Shown in pieces: positions 50,944 through 62,242 of a stretch of DNA of 64,000 nt (position 1 is its first letter; each line of letters begins with the position of its first letter). Both the position numbers and the translations under genes were made by a program. The notes beneath the pieces are model-generated. The model had not been told where the DNA came from, searched no databases, and saw only the letters and a program-made list of their open reading frames with translations. Source of the DNA: an uncultured Sphingobacterium sp. (lineage in GTDB: Bacteria > Bacteroidota > Bacteroidia > Sphingobacteriales > Sphingobacteriaceae); contig CAZFAE010000003.1 of the NCBI GenBank assembly GCA_964516035.1, positions 590-64,589 of the forward strand. The letters are read 5' to 3'.

Positions 50944-51029
50944 TTAGTACATAGTATTTAGTAGTTAGACTATTTGCCTATTTTTTATCAATTCAGGCTA
51001 AATACTAACTACTAAATACTATGTACTAA
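50944..51029. terminator. 25-bp perfect inverted repeat between convergent genes (bidirectional terminator candidate)
   Basis: ttagtacatagtatttagtagttag (50944..50968) and ctaactactaaatactatgtactaa (51005..51029). The right arm overlaps the phzF-like stop codon. Confidence 0.6.
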
Positions 51030-51823
51030 AGACTCCAAACAAAAATCTCCCCCTTTAAATACGTCACAGCTTTACCCGACATTAAAACCCGGTCTCCTTG
51101 CAGTTTGCACCAAAGCTCTCCTTTACGGGATGATATCTGGTAGGCATGCAAATCAATCTTATTTAATTTTTCGGCCCAATACGGAATGAGGTTGCAATGT
51201 GCCGAACCAGTAACCGGGTCTTCATTAATACCAGCCGAAGGAATAAAGAACCGGGAAACAAAATCGCTATTTTCTCCCGGCGCAGTAACGATAATTCCCA
51301 TAATCGGGATTTTAGCTAAAGCACTAAAATCAGGTTTCATGGCTGCAATTTCTGCCTCCGTTTCAAATACCAGCATGTAATCTCTCGATTTTAAAACTTC
51401 TTTGGGTTGTTTACAGCCCAAAGCGGCCAACAAACCTTCCGGTAAATCAGCTGTTTCGGGCACACGTGATGGAAAATCCAAAGTATATACATCTCCATTT
51501 CGGCTTACACTCAATATGCCGGCTTTTTCGGTATGAAATAGTATGGTATCTCTTTGCTCTCCCAATTGCGTAAAAATAATATGGGCGGTAGCTAAAGTGG
51601 CATGTCCGCATAAATCAATTTCCAATTCTGGCGTAAACCAGCGCAAGCCATAATTCTCCCCTTTGGGGATAAAAAAAGCTGTTTCAGCCAGATTATTTTC
51701 TGCAGCCAATTGCTGCATGGTAGCTTCCGGAAGCCATTCTTTTAGCGGACAAACGGCGGCTGGATTTCCGCCGAACAGCTGGTCGGTAAAAGCATCTGCC
51801 TGATAAATTGGAATACTAATCAT
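51026..51823 (-). CDS. PhzF-family isomerase-like protein
   Basis: 'IYQADAFTDQLFGGNPAAV', 'ETAF', 'CGHATLA'. Confidence 0.85.
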   Translation of the reverse strand: MISIPIYQADAFTDQLFGGNPAAVCPLKEWLPEATMQQLAAENNLAETAFFIPKGENYGLRWFTPELEIDLCGHATLATAHIIFTQLGEQRDTILFHTEKAGILSVSRNGDVYTLDFPSRVPETADLPEGLLAALGCKQPKEVLKSRDYMLVFETEAEIAAMKPDFSALAKIPIMGIIVTAPGENSDFVSRFFIPSAGINEDPVTGSAHCNLIPYWAEKLNKIDLHAYQISSRKGELWCKLQGDRVLMSGKAVTYLKGEIFVWSL

Positions 51824-51852
51824 AAAAGTAAAAATAGTGCTTACAAACCGTT

Positions 51853-52857
51853 TTACTTACTCTCAAGAATAAATTCTACCTGTTTTTTTAATGATTTTTT
51901 ATCTGGCAGATAGAGTTGATATTTAGATACAAAGATTTTATTGGAGATTCCTCCCGTTGCGTACTCCACCAATACCTCATCTTTATCTGCCGAAAGTATA
52001 ATTCCAATTGGTTCATTATCTCCGTTTACATTCTCTTCGGTTTTGAAAAAATTCAGGTAAAGATTCATTTGTCCAATATCGGTATGCTGTACGGCTTTTA
52101 TTTTCAAATCAATGAGTACAAAGCATTTAAGAATGCGGTGATAAAACACCAAATCGACATAAAAATGCTTATTGCGTATAGAAATCCGGTACTGCCTGCC
52201 CACAAATGTGAAACCTTTACCTAATTCTAAAAGAAATAATTGCAGATTATCAATAATTTTTTGTTCCAACTGTTTCTCTGTGAGTTGTTTGCTTTGCGGG
52301 ATTTTTAAAAAATCAAGTACATATGGGTCTTTAATAACTTCTGTAGGGTGAGAATCAAAATAAAGTTCTTTAGTCCGTTTCTTTAAGCCCTTTTTGTCGG
52401 TACTTAATGCCATACGTTGGAATAAAGAAGTGCCAATCTGACGTTCTAACTCTCGTTTAGACCAATTTTCATTAATCGATTGAATTTCATAAAAACTCCT
52501 TGCCATTTCATCGGAAATCCCTAATAACACAATAAAATGGCTCCAACTCAATTTGGCAGACACTGTCTGCCAAATTGGATAAGCAAGATAAAATCTTCGC
52601 ATATCCAGCACATTTCGTCTGCCAAATCCTTTACCATATCGTATGCGTAAATCTTTAGAAAGCCTTGATAATAAATCACTTCCATACTCTGCCCGCTCCT
52701 GCCCATCTTGCTCAAATTGCACAATGTGTCTGCCAATTTCCCAATTGGCTTTAACCAATTCGGCATTGATGGCTTTGTAAGAATTTTGTCTGGCGATTTC
52801 AATAGTTGCACCAATATTTTGGAGCAAATCTGAATAAACGAATTTACTTAGCTTCAT
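51853..52857 (-). CDS. DUF1016 / YhcG-family PD-(D/E)xK nuclease-domain protein
   Basis: N-terminal 'ANWEIGRHIV..EQ.GQERAEYGS.LL..LS..L' block. C-terminal 'YVDLVFYHRILKCFVLIDLKIKAV' is a D...(D/E)xK core. Confidence 0.85.
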   Translation of the reverse strand: MKLSKFVYSDLLQNIGATIEIARQNSYKAINAELVKANWEIGRHIVQFEQDGQERAEYGSDLLSRLSKDLRIRYGKGFGRRNVLDMRRFYLAYPIWQTVSAKLSWSHFIVLLGISDEMARSFYEIQSINENWSKRELERQIGTSLFQRMALSTDKKGLKKRTKELYFDSHPTEVIKDPYVLDFLKIPQSKQLTEKQLEQKIIDNLQLFLLELGKGFTFVGRQYRISIRNKHFYVDLVFYHRILKCFVLIDLKIKAVQHTDIGQMNLYLNFFKTEENVNGDNEPIGIILSADKDEVLVEYATGGISNKIFVSKYQLYLPDKKSLKKQVEFILESK

Positions 52858-52934
52858 AGAAACAATACGGTTTTAGTTTAAAACGAAGACCGCACCTTAT
52901 AATTGCTAAAACTTATTAAATTCTATTATCGAAA

Positions 52935-53639
52935 CTAAAAAAGAATTATTTGAGCTGATGAGCCTGCATCTTTTATTCGCAATTCATTTACCCAATGATG
53001 GGCCTGCCGGGTAGGTTCTGGAATGCGATATTTGCCGATACATTTTTGTACTATTCCCAAGCTTTGCTCCAAATTTATCCGGTGTCCCGGAGAGATAAAA
53101 ATAGGTTTACAATTCTTTTTAGATCGATAAACTACCCCGATCTGTTCGCCTTTATCCATCAGCGGACTGAAAGTATGCGCTTCTAAAGCCGGCTCTTCAA
53201 AGCGGCCAAATAAACGGCTTTTGGCTACGCCTATCGTTGCAGTATTGGCCATCACACCAAAATGACTGGCAATGCCCATCCGGCGGGGATGCGCAATTCC
53301 CTGGCCGTCTAAAATCCAAACATCCGGTTTTTGAGCTAGCGATTCCCAAACTTTAAGCAGTGTGGGCACTTCTCGGAAAGCCAACAATCCAGAAATATAA
53401 GGGAATTCGGCATGGCCTACCGCACCGGCTTTTTCGATAATACGTAAATCGGGATAAGAGAAAACAACGATACCGGCATACACCTTGGAAGAATATTTGT
53501 TGAAGGAAATATCTGCGCCGGCAATGGTTTTAATTTCATCCCCGAAAGGGCTTAAATCAATTTGGGTACGTAATTGATTTTGATACGCAATAGCTTCGGC
53601 CGGACTTAATTGATCGTAATGGTTTATATCCATGAACAA
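52935..53639 (-). CDS. nfi: Endonuclease V (deoxyinosine 3' endonuclease)
   Basis: 'IAGADISF', 'PYISGLLAFRE', 'ILDGQGIAHPRRMGIASH', 'GVAKS'. Confidence 0.9.
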   Translation of the reverse strand: MFMDINHYDQLSPAEAIAYQNQLRTQIDLSPFGDEIKTIAGADISFNKYSSKVYAGIVVFSYPDLRIIEKAGAVGHAEFPYISGLLAFREVPTLLKVWESLAQKPDVWILDGQGIAHPRRMGIASHFGVMANTATIGVAKSRLFGRFEEPALEAHTFSPLMDKGEQIGVVYRSKKNCKPIFISPGHRINLEQSLGIVQKCIGKYRIPEPTRQAHHWVNELRIKDAGSSAQIILF

Positions 53640-53703
53640 TAAACCAAAAACAAGCTGCTTGGTTTTAACTATAGCCCCAGGCTTAAACCCGGGGCCATGA
53701 GAA

Positions 53704-55149
53704 TTAATAATAAGTTAAACGAATAACTCCCGAAACAGCTTTAGCCAGTCGCACCACTTGACGGGTATAACCGTATTCGTTATCGTACCAAATATATAAT
53801 ACGGCCGATTTTCCGTCGGCGGAAAGTATGGTTGCAGGACCATCAATAATGGAAGCGTGACTGTTCCCAACCAGATCGCTCGAAACCAATTCGTTGGAAA
53901 TGGAATATTCTATTTGTTCTACCATATTACCATAAAGTGAAGCTTGGGTTAATATGGATTTTAATTCTTCTTTTGTGGTCACCCGGTCTAAAGTGAGATT
54001 GAGTATAGCCAGAGAAACATCCGGCGTGGGTACCCGAACGGCATTTCCGGTTAATTTACCTGTTAAATGAGGTAATACTTTGGCCACGGCTTTATCGGCT
54101 CCGGTTTCGGTAATTACCATATTTAGCGCTGCAGAACGTCCACGGCGGTATTTTTTATGGTAATTATCCAATAAATTCTGGTCGTTGGTATAAGAATGCA
54201 CCGTTTCTATATGGCCTTTTTCAATACCCAAGGCATCAGATATTACTTTTAAAACCGGAATAATGGCATTGGTGGTACATGATGCCGCAGAGAAAATAGT
54301 TTCGTCAGCAGCGTGCTCCTGGTGGTTAATGCCATGCACAATATTAGGAATATCGCCTTTGCCCGGAGCCGTTAATAATACTTTGCTGATTCCTTTAGCA
54401 ACCAGGTGCTTGCTTAATCCTTCCCGATCTCTAAAAACGCCGGTATTGTCAATAATTAAAGCGTCTTTAATTCCGTATTGGGTGTAATCTATCTCTTCTG
54501 GATTTTTGGCCATGATGAAATAAACGATTTGGCCGTTAATGATCAGGGCTTTGTTTTTAAAATCTTCGATGATAGTTCCCGTAAATGCTCCATGCACTGA
54601 ATCGGTACGCAATAATTCGGCTCGTTTAGTTAATTCTTCATCACTATACGTTCTGGTTACAATGGCTCTCAATCGCAGTTGTTCGCCTTTACCGGCCTGT
54701 AAAATCAATTCGCGGGCCGCAATACGGCCAATACGGCCAAAGCCGAATAGAACCACATCCTTTGATTTTAACTGCATTTTATCTTTACCCACATATTTGG
54801 CGAGCTTAGCCAATACAAAATCGTGTGCAGAGGCAAATCTTGCACCTTCATTAAGCCACTCAACAGCTAAACGCCCCATATCAATTCTGGATGGAGCAAG
54901 ATTAGATGCTGCAATGGCCTGAGCCAAGGCTAATGTTTCATGAATAGAAATCTCTTTACCAGTTAGCTGGCGAGCATAATGATGATGGGCTAGTATTTCG
55001 CTGCTGCCCACATCAAACAGCGGTTTTCTGAATAAAATCAGTTCAATGGAACGGTCGAACCACAATTTACCTACTACATTAATTAACTCGATCGCTTTTT
55101 TTTCTTTTTCAACCCAGTTGTTAAACTCGGTTTCGTACTGCTGATTCAT
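53704..55149 (-). CDS. gap: Glyceraldehyde-3-phosphate dehydrogenase, long (about 480-aa) form with N-terminal extension
   Basis: 'GFGRIGR' NAD motif starts about 130 aa into the protein. Catalytic 'SAASCTTNA'. C-terminal 'WYDNEYGY'. Confidence 0.9.
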   Translation of the reverse strand: MNQQYETEFNNWVEKEKKAIELINVVGKLWFDRSIELILFRKPLFDVGSSEILAHHHYARQLTGKEISIHETLALAQAIAASNLAPSRIDMGRLAVEWLNEGARFASAHDFVLAKLAKYVGKDKMQLKSKDVVLFGFGRIGRIAARELILQAGKGEQLRLRAIVTRTYSDEELTKRAELLRTDSVHGAFTGTIIEDFKNKALIINGQIVYFIMAKNPEEIDYTQYGIKDALIIDNTGVFRDREGLSKHLVAKGISKVLLTAPGKGDIPNIVHGINHQEHAADETIFSAASCTTNAIIPVLKVISDALGIEKGHIETVHSYTNDQNLLDNYHKKYRRGRSAALNMVITETGADKAVAKVLPHLTGKLTGNAVRVPTPDVSLAILNLTLDRVTTKEELKSILTQASLYGNMVEQIEYSISNELVSSDLVGNSHASIIDGPATILSADGKSAVLYIWYDNEYGYTRQVVRLAKAVSGVIRLTYY

Positions 55150-55212
55150 AAAATAGGGAGTGTGCTTGAAGTATAAGTTTTTAAGAAGTGTATAATGTAC
55201 AATATGTTATAA

Positions 55213-55239
55213 ACAAAAAAATCGGGCGCTGGCCCGATT
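55213..55239 (-). terminator. Rho-independent terminator of rpoD
   Basis: The minus strand reads aatcgggc-cagc-gcccgatt followed by tttttt. Confidence 0.8.
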
Positions 55240-55244
55240 TCCTG

Positions 55245-56105
55245 TTATCCTAAATATGATTTTAAAATTTTGCTTCGCGATGTATGTCGTAATCGTTGTA
55301 AAGCTTTGTCTTTAATTTGTCGAACACGCTCTCGGGTTAGGTTAAACTTCTCGCCAATTTCCTCGAGTGATAAAGGCTGACTGGTGCTTAATCCAAAGAA
55401 TAAAACTACGATCTCTCTTTCTCTGTCCGTTAGGGTTGATAAAGATCTTCTGATCTCTTCCGATAATGATTCGTTGATTAAGCTGCTATCTGTTTCGGGA
55501 TCTTTGTTTTCCAAAACATCTAACAAGGTATTCTCTTCGCCTTGAACAAATGGCGCATCCATAGAAACATGTCGGCCGGAATTGCTTAAGGTGTCAGAAA
55601 TTTTCTCTACCGTAGTTTCCAGCATATCTGCCAATTCTTCCGGAGAAGGTTCGCGTTCAAATTCCTGCTCTAATCTAGAGAACGCTTTACTGATTTTACT
55701 TAAAGAACCTACCTGGTTTAAAGGTAAACGTACAATACGGCTTTGCTCGGCAATGGCCTGCAAAATAGATTGACGAATCCACCAAACGGCATAAGAAATA
55801 AATTTAAAACCTTTGGTTTCATCAAAACGCTTGGCTGCTTTAATCAAACCCAGGTTACCTTCGTTAATTAAGTCGCCAAGGGTTAAACCTTGATTTTGGT
55901 ACTGCTTTGCAACAGATACCACGAAACGTAAATTGGTTTTGGTTAAACGTTCTAAAGCCGCCTGATCTCCTTCTCTGATTTTCTGTGCCAGAATTACTTC
56001 TTCTTCAGCAGTAATTAGATCAACTTTACCAATTTCGTGAAGGTATTTGTCTAGCGACTGTGATTCACGATTGGTAATGGATTGCGTTATTTTGAGTTGT
56101 CTCAT
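55245..56105 (-). CDS. rpoD: Primary RNA polymerase sigma factor (RpoD/SigA, short Bacteroidota type)
   Basis: 286 aa. Region 2 '[12 protein letters not shown]...[28 protein letters not shown]'; region 4 '[10 protein letters not shown]'. Confidence 0.92.
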   Translation of the reverse strand: MRQLKITQSITNRESQSLDKYLHEIGKVDLITAEEEVILAQKIREGDQAALERLTKTNLRFVVSVAKQYQNQGLTLGDLINEGNLGLIKAAKRFDETKGFKFISYAVWWIRQSILQAIAEQSRIVRLPLNQVGSLSKISKAFSRLEQEFEREPSPEELADMLETTVEKISDTLSNSGRHVSMDAPFVQGEENTLLDVLENKDPETDSSLINESLSEEIRRSLSTLTDREREIVVLFFGLSTSQPLSLEEIGEKFNLTRERVRQIKDKALQRLRHTSRSKILKSYLG

Positions 56106-56141
56106 TTAAAATTTGGAATACTGTATAAAATTGCGAAAGGG

Positions 56142-56149
56142 CAAAGTTA
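56142..56149 (-). promoter_or_regulatory. Candidate -7 element TAACTTTG (TAnnTTTG) upstream of rpoD
   Basis: Motif match about 37 nt upstream of the rpoD ATG. The same octamer occurs upstream of the M16 operon. Confidence 0.3.
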
Positions 56150-56287
56150 ATATTAAACCCGATAAAACTGCGATTAGTTTGTGGATTTTAGTAAAAGATT
56201 TGCAACAAATTGGATATTTTTAGTACTGCAAAAACCGTTCCAAATCAATGATTTAGACTATTTAATCTCACAAAAAACTTAAATAGC

Positions 56288-56872
56288 TTAAGTCAGGTTC
56301 CGATCTTTAAACCAAACCTCATCGGGCTGTATATCAAAAGCTGCCATTTGGGTTATTAAACTTGCAGCATCTACCTCACTTAAAACCAAATCACGATTAA
56401 TCGGTTTTAAAAATTTTTGCTCTACCATTTTATCCATTTGCAGCAATAATGGGTCGTAAAAACCGCCCACATTTAACAAACCGATAGGCTTATGGTGCAA
56501 GCCGAGTTGCAGCCAGGTTAAAACCTCGAAAAATTCTTCTAAAGTGCCATAACCGCCCGGCAGAGTAATTACTCCATCAGAAAGGTCTGCCATTTTTTGC
56601 TTACGCTGATGCATGTTTTCGGTAATAATTAATTCGGTAAGCCCGCTGTGGCCCACTTCTTTATTCATCAAAAACTCCGGAATTACGCCAATGGCTTTAC
56701 CACCTCGTTTCAACACTTCATCGGCTATTAAGCCCATTACTCCTACCCGGCCGCCGCCAAAAATGAGGGTAATGTCTTTTTCAACAAATTGAATGGCCAA
56801 ATCTTCGATGGCTTTTCTAAGTATAGGGTCGCCGTTAAAGTTAGACCCGCAGAAAACGCAAATACTTTTCAT
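56288..56872 (-). CDS. TIGR00730/LOG-family protein, paralog B
   Basis: 'ICVFCGS', 'GGGRVGVMG', 'PGGYGTLEEFFE'. Confidence 0.85.
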   Translation of the reverse strand: MKSICVFCGSNFNGDPILRKAIEDLAIQFVEKDITLIFGGGRVGVMGLIADEVLKRGGKAIGVIPEFLMNKEVGHSGLTELIITENMHQRKQKMADLSDGVITLPGGYGTLEEFFEVLTWLQLGLHHKPIGLLNVGGFYDPLLLQMDKMVEQKFLKPINRDLVLSEVDAASLITQMAAFDIQPDEVWFKDRNLT

Positions 56873-58381
<1,509 letters not shown>

Positions 58382-58409
58382 CTATCGCTTTTTTCTGAAA
58401 ATCACGAAT

Positions 58410-59684
58410 TTACTTCTTGCCAACTATCACTTTTTCGAATTTATCGAAATTGAGGTATTCATTGGCCAGATTTAAGATATCTTCCGGACGGATATTTCGC
58501 AGTGTTTGCACATAACGGTCGTAATAATCGTATCCCAATCCAAAAAAGTAAACATTCTTGAATTTATCGGCATGAGAGAAGGCATTTTCGAGGCTGCCAA
58601 GCAATGAACCCATCATGTAATTACGCACCAGATGCAATTCTTCTTCGCTCACCAATTCAATCCGTAATTGGCGAATCTCTTTTTCCACTTCATTAATAGC
58701 TGCTCCGCAAACATCGGTGCCTACTTCAGAGGCGATAAAGAAATATCCGGCATTTTGCAGAGAAACCAAAGCCGAACCTATGCCATAGGTATAGCCTTTA
58801 TCTTCTCTAATATTGGCCATTAATCGGGAACCAAAATAACCTCCCAAAATGGTATTTAAAACCTGAAATGCAGGAAAATCCGGATGGGTACGGTTAATAG
58901 ATAACTGGCCGATACGAATGGCTGACTGAATGGCATCGGGCTTATAAACCAAGTGTTCTATTCCCGGGCCGGTCAAAAAGGCAAATTCGTTTTTATGCGG
59001 ATTGGCTACCGAATTCCAAGAATTACCAAATTCTTTATTTAGCAGTTTATGGGTTTGTGAAGAAATATGTCCCGAAAGCACAATGGTACAATTGGCGGGC
59101 TGGTAAGCAGATTGGTAATATGCTATCAAATCTTCTCGTTGCAGGTTATCGTAATCTGCCGGCTGCGAAGCGTGCCCGTAAAGTGTTTCTTTAAATAATA
59201 TCTGGCTGAATAGCCTACGGCTTACAAAATCGTTTTTTTCGAGATTAACACTTAATCTTTCTTTCTGATTACGCACAAAAGTATCCAGCTCGTGCTGCGG
59301 AAAAATAGCATCGGTGAGCATGGCTTTTACCAAAGGCAATACCGAGGACAAATGCTTGTTTAAAGAGAATAAAACCACACTCGAGTGGTCGAAACTAAAT
59401 TCTTTTTGCAAAAAAGCGCCGTAATAATCTAATTTTTCGGCCAGTTCTGCAGAGGTATATTCAGAAGTTCCTTCCTGCAAGAGGGAATTAGTAACAAAAG
59501 CTTGTAAAGGTTTTTGAGGATTCCATCCTACGTTTTCAAAAATGAATTCGATCCTAACCAGTTCCTGAGTTCCGGCATTTACCTCAAAAACAGGCAAGCC
59601 GTTATCTAATTTGAAAGCAGCAGCCTTTAAAAGCGCTACTTGTTCTACTTCCCTAAATGCGGGTGCTACACTCCGGTTAATCAT
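58410..59684 (-). CDS. M16-family peptidase-like protein (no HxxEH; probably the non-catalytic partner)
   Basis: 424 aa with an insulinase fold pattern. It overlaps the upstream M16 gene by 8 nt. Confidence 0.75.
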   Translation of the reverse strand: MINRSVAPAFREVEQVALLKAAAFKLDNGLPVFEVNAGTQELVRIEFIFENVGWNPQKPLQAFVTNSLLQEGTSEYTSAELAEKLDYYGAFLQKEFSFDHSSVVLFSLNKHLSSVLPLVKAMLTDAIFPQHELDTFVRNQKERLSVNLEKNDFVSRRLFSQILFKETLYGHASQPADYDNLQREDLIAYYQSAYQPANCTIVLSGHISSQTHKLLNKEFGNSWNSVANPHKNEFAFLTGPGIEHLVYKPDAIQSAIRIGQLSINRTHPDFPAFQVLNTILGGYFGSRLMANIREDKGYTYGIGSALVSLQNAGYFFIASEVGTDVCGAAINEVEKEIRQLRIELVSEEELHLVRNYMMGSLLGSLENAFSHADKFKNVYFFGLGYDYYDRYVQTLRNIRPEDILNLANEYLNFDKFEKVIVGKK

Positions 59685-60921
59685 TCTTATTGGCTAAATA
59701 GTATAAGGTAGAGGTATTTTCGGGATTAAATATTTTTCTGGCCTGTACCCTAATTTCTTCGGGTGTTACTGCCAGATACTTTTCTACTTCCCGGTTTAAG
59801 TCTTCGGCATCGCCTAATAATTCGAAATAGGCCAAATTCATGGCTTTATCGAGCAAACTCATTTCTGAAAAAACCATGGTCGATTCCAGTTTGTTTTTCA
59901 CTTTATTCAACTCATCATCAGCTACTAAATCAGCTTTAATTTTGTCCAGTTCAGCCCAAATAGCCAATTCGGCTTCTTCCATGCTTACTTTGGGCGAAGG
60001 TTTGCCTTCTACCACCATCAATCCGGGGTCGTTGCTGCCCAAGTGATAGGCATTGATATCAGAAAATAATTGCTGCTCTTTTAACAAGTTGCGGTATAAG
60101 CGAGATGAATTTCCCCGTGATAAAATATCAGACATTAAATCTGCAGCATGGTACCCAATATCTGTACGGGCCGGCATATGAAATGCTTTATAAATGGCAT
60201 TTAAGGGCACGTTTGCTGTTACCGTTTGTTGTCTGGCTTCTTCCTGAGGCGGCTCAACAGGTAAACTTCTAAGCGGTTTTTCTCCTCCCGGGATGGGTCC
60301 GAACCAGCGTTCGGCCAATTGTTTTACTTCGGAAGTTTTTACTGCACCGCCAACCACCATAATGGCATTTGATGGGATATAATATTTATGAAAGAAGGCT
60401 TTTACATCTTCCATTCTTGCATTTTCAATATGAGAAAGTTCTTTACCAATGGTTGCCCATTGATATGGATGTTTTTGGTAAGCCAGCGGACGCAATTTTA
60501 ACCAAACATCGCCGTAAGGCTGATTTAAATAACGTTGTTTAAACTCTTCAATAACTACGTTTCGCTGTACTTCGAGGCTTTTTTCTGAAAAGGCTAAGCT
60601 CAGCATACGGTCACTCTCCAACCAAAAAGCAGTTTCTAAGTTAACCGCCGGCAGCGTGATGTAATAATTGGTAATATCGTTACTGGTAAAGGCATTATTC
60701 TCTCCGCCCACACGCTGTAAAGGTTCATCGTACGATGGAATATTTACAGAGCCACCAAACATCAAATGCTCAAATAAATGGGCAAAGCCGGTTTGATTGG
60801 GATTTTCATCCCGGGCACCTACATCGTACAAAATATTTAAAACAGCCATCGGTGTGGTGGGGTCTTCATGTACCAAAACCCGCAAGCCGTTGGCTAAAGT
60901 GAAACGTTGAAATTCTACCAT
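59677..60921 (-). CDS. M16-family zinc peptidase (pitrilysin/insulinase-like)
   Basis: Inverted zinc motif 'HLFEHLMFGG' (HxxEH). Confidence 0.88.
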   Translation of the reverse strand: MVEFQRFTLANGLRVLVHEDPTTPMAVLNILYDVGARDENPNQTGFAHLFEHLMFGGSVNIPSYDEPLQRVGGENNAFTSNDITNYYITLPAVNLETAFWLESDRMLSLAFSEKSLEVQRNVVIEEFKQRYLNQPYGDVWLKLRPLAYQKHPYQWATIGKELSHIENARMEDVKAFFHKYYIPSNAIMVVGGAVKTSEVKQLAERWFGPIPGGEKPLRSLPVEPPQEEARQQTVTANVPLNAIYKAFHMPARTDIGYHAADLMSDILSRGNSSRLYRNLLKEQQLFSDINAYHLGSNDPGLMVVEGKPSPKVSMEEAELAIWAELDKIKADLVADDELNKVKNKLESTMVFSEMSLLDKAMNLAYFELLGDAEDLNREVEKYLAVTPEEIRVQARKIFNPENTSTLYYLANKND

Positions 60922-60937
60922 ATTTATTAGATTGTTG

Positions 60938-60945
60938 CAAAGTTA
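60938..60945 (-). promoter_or_regulatory. Candidate -7 element TAACTTTG upstream of the M16 peptidase pair
   Basis: TAnnTTTG match 17 nt upstream of the ATG at 60921. Confidence 0.35.
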
Positions 60946-61050
60946 ATGATTTAAAAAAGGCGGCCTCTTTAAATAACGTTCCCACACAAAAATATTTTAT
61001 CAAAGCTCAGTCATAATTGTTTGATTGAAAAGCCTGCTAATCTTTAGACT

Positions 61051-62193
61051 ATGTATATTTGTTCGCAAATGGATATTTCAGCACTCCTGGGCCGGGCCTT
61101 ACAATTTGAATTTTTATCTGCCGAAGAAGGCCTTTTTCTTTTTAAAGAGGCTTCTACCGCCGATTTAATGTATGTGGCCAACGAACTGCGTAAAAAGCAA
61201 GTACCGCATAATAAGGTAACCTGGATTATTGACCGGAATGTTAATACCACCAATGTGTGCATTGCCAATTGCAAATTCTGCAATTTTTTCCGCCGCCCCG
61301 GACACGACGAGAGCTATATTACCGATATTGAAACCTATAAAATTAAAATTGAAGAAACTTTCCGCTATGGCGGCGACCAGCTTTTATTGCAGGGCGGACA
61401 TCACCCGGATTTGGGTTTACAATTTTATGTCGATTTGTTCAAACAACTCAAAGACTTATATCCTAATTTAAAATTACACTCTTTAGGCCCACCCGAAATA
61501 GCGCATATTGCCAAACTGGAAGGTTTGAGCCATACCGAAGTTTTAAAGGCTTTACAGGAAGCCGGGTTAGACTCTTTACCAGGTGCAGGAGCCGAAATTT
61601 TGAACGACCGCGTTCGCCGATTAATTTCTAAAGGCAAATGCGGCGGCCAGGAATGGCTGGATGTAATGCGGGCAGCCCATCAGTTAAACATAACCACTTC
61701 GGCCACCATGATGTTTGGCCATATTGAAACTTTAGAAGAACGTTTTGAGCATTTGGTTTGGTTACGTCAGGTGCAAGCGGAAAAACCCGAGCATGCCAAA
61801 GGTTTTATTGCTTTTATTCCATGGCCTTTTCAGGATGACGGTACTTTATTGAAAAAAGTACGGGGTATTACCAACCAGGTAAGCAGCGACGAATATATCC
61901 GGATGATTGCCTTGAGCCGCATTATGCTGCCCAATATTAAAAATATTCAGGCATCGTGGTTAACTGTGGGTAAGCAGGTAGGCCAAATTTGCCTGCATGC
62001 CGGCGCCAACGATTTTGGCTCTATTATGATTGAAGAAAATGTGGTTTCGGTTGCCGGAGCGCCTCACCGCTTTACCGCCAAAGGCATTCAGGAAGCCATT
62101 TTAGAAGCTGGTTTTGAACCACAATTACGAACTCAGCAATACGAATTTCGCGATTTGCCGGAGCAAATTGAAGAGCAGGTAATTAATTACTAA
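61051..62193 (+). CDS. mqnC: Radical-SAM menaquinone (futalosine-pathway) enzyme, MqnC-like (CofH/MqnC/MqnE family)
   Basis: 'CIANCKFCNF' CxxxCxxC cluster, 'LLLQGGHHPDL', 'ATMMFGHIET', 'GANDFGSIMIEENVV'. The MqnC versus MqnE assignment is not certain. The true start may be the ATG at 61069. Confidence 0.6.
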   Translation: MYICSQMDISALLGRALQFEFLSAEEGLFLFKEASTADLMYVANELRKKQVPHNKVTWIIDRNVNTTNVCIANCKFCNFFRRPGHDESYITDIETYKIKIEETFRYGGDQLLLQGGHHPDLGLQFYVDLFKQLKDLYPNLKLHSLGPPEIAHIAKLEGLSHTEVLKALQEAGLDSLPGAGAEILNDRVRRLISKGKCGGQEWLDVMRAAHQLNITTSATMMFGHIETLEERFEHLVWLRQVQAEKPEHAKGFIAFIPWPFQDDGTLLKKVRGITNQVSSDEYIRMIALSRIMLPNIKNIQASWLTVGKQVGQICLHAGANDFGSIMIEENVVSVAGAPHRFTAKGIQEAILEAGFEPQLRTQQYEFRDLPEQIEEQVINY

Positions 62194-62242
62194 ATCTAGA
62201 TTTGGCTTTAATTTACTGAATTACTTAATTTGCCCTTCTTAA

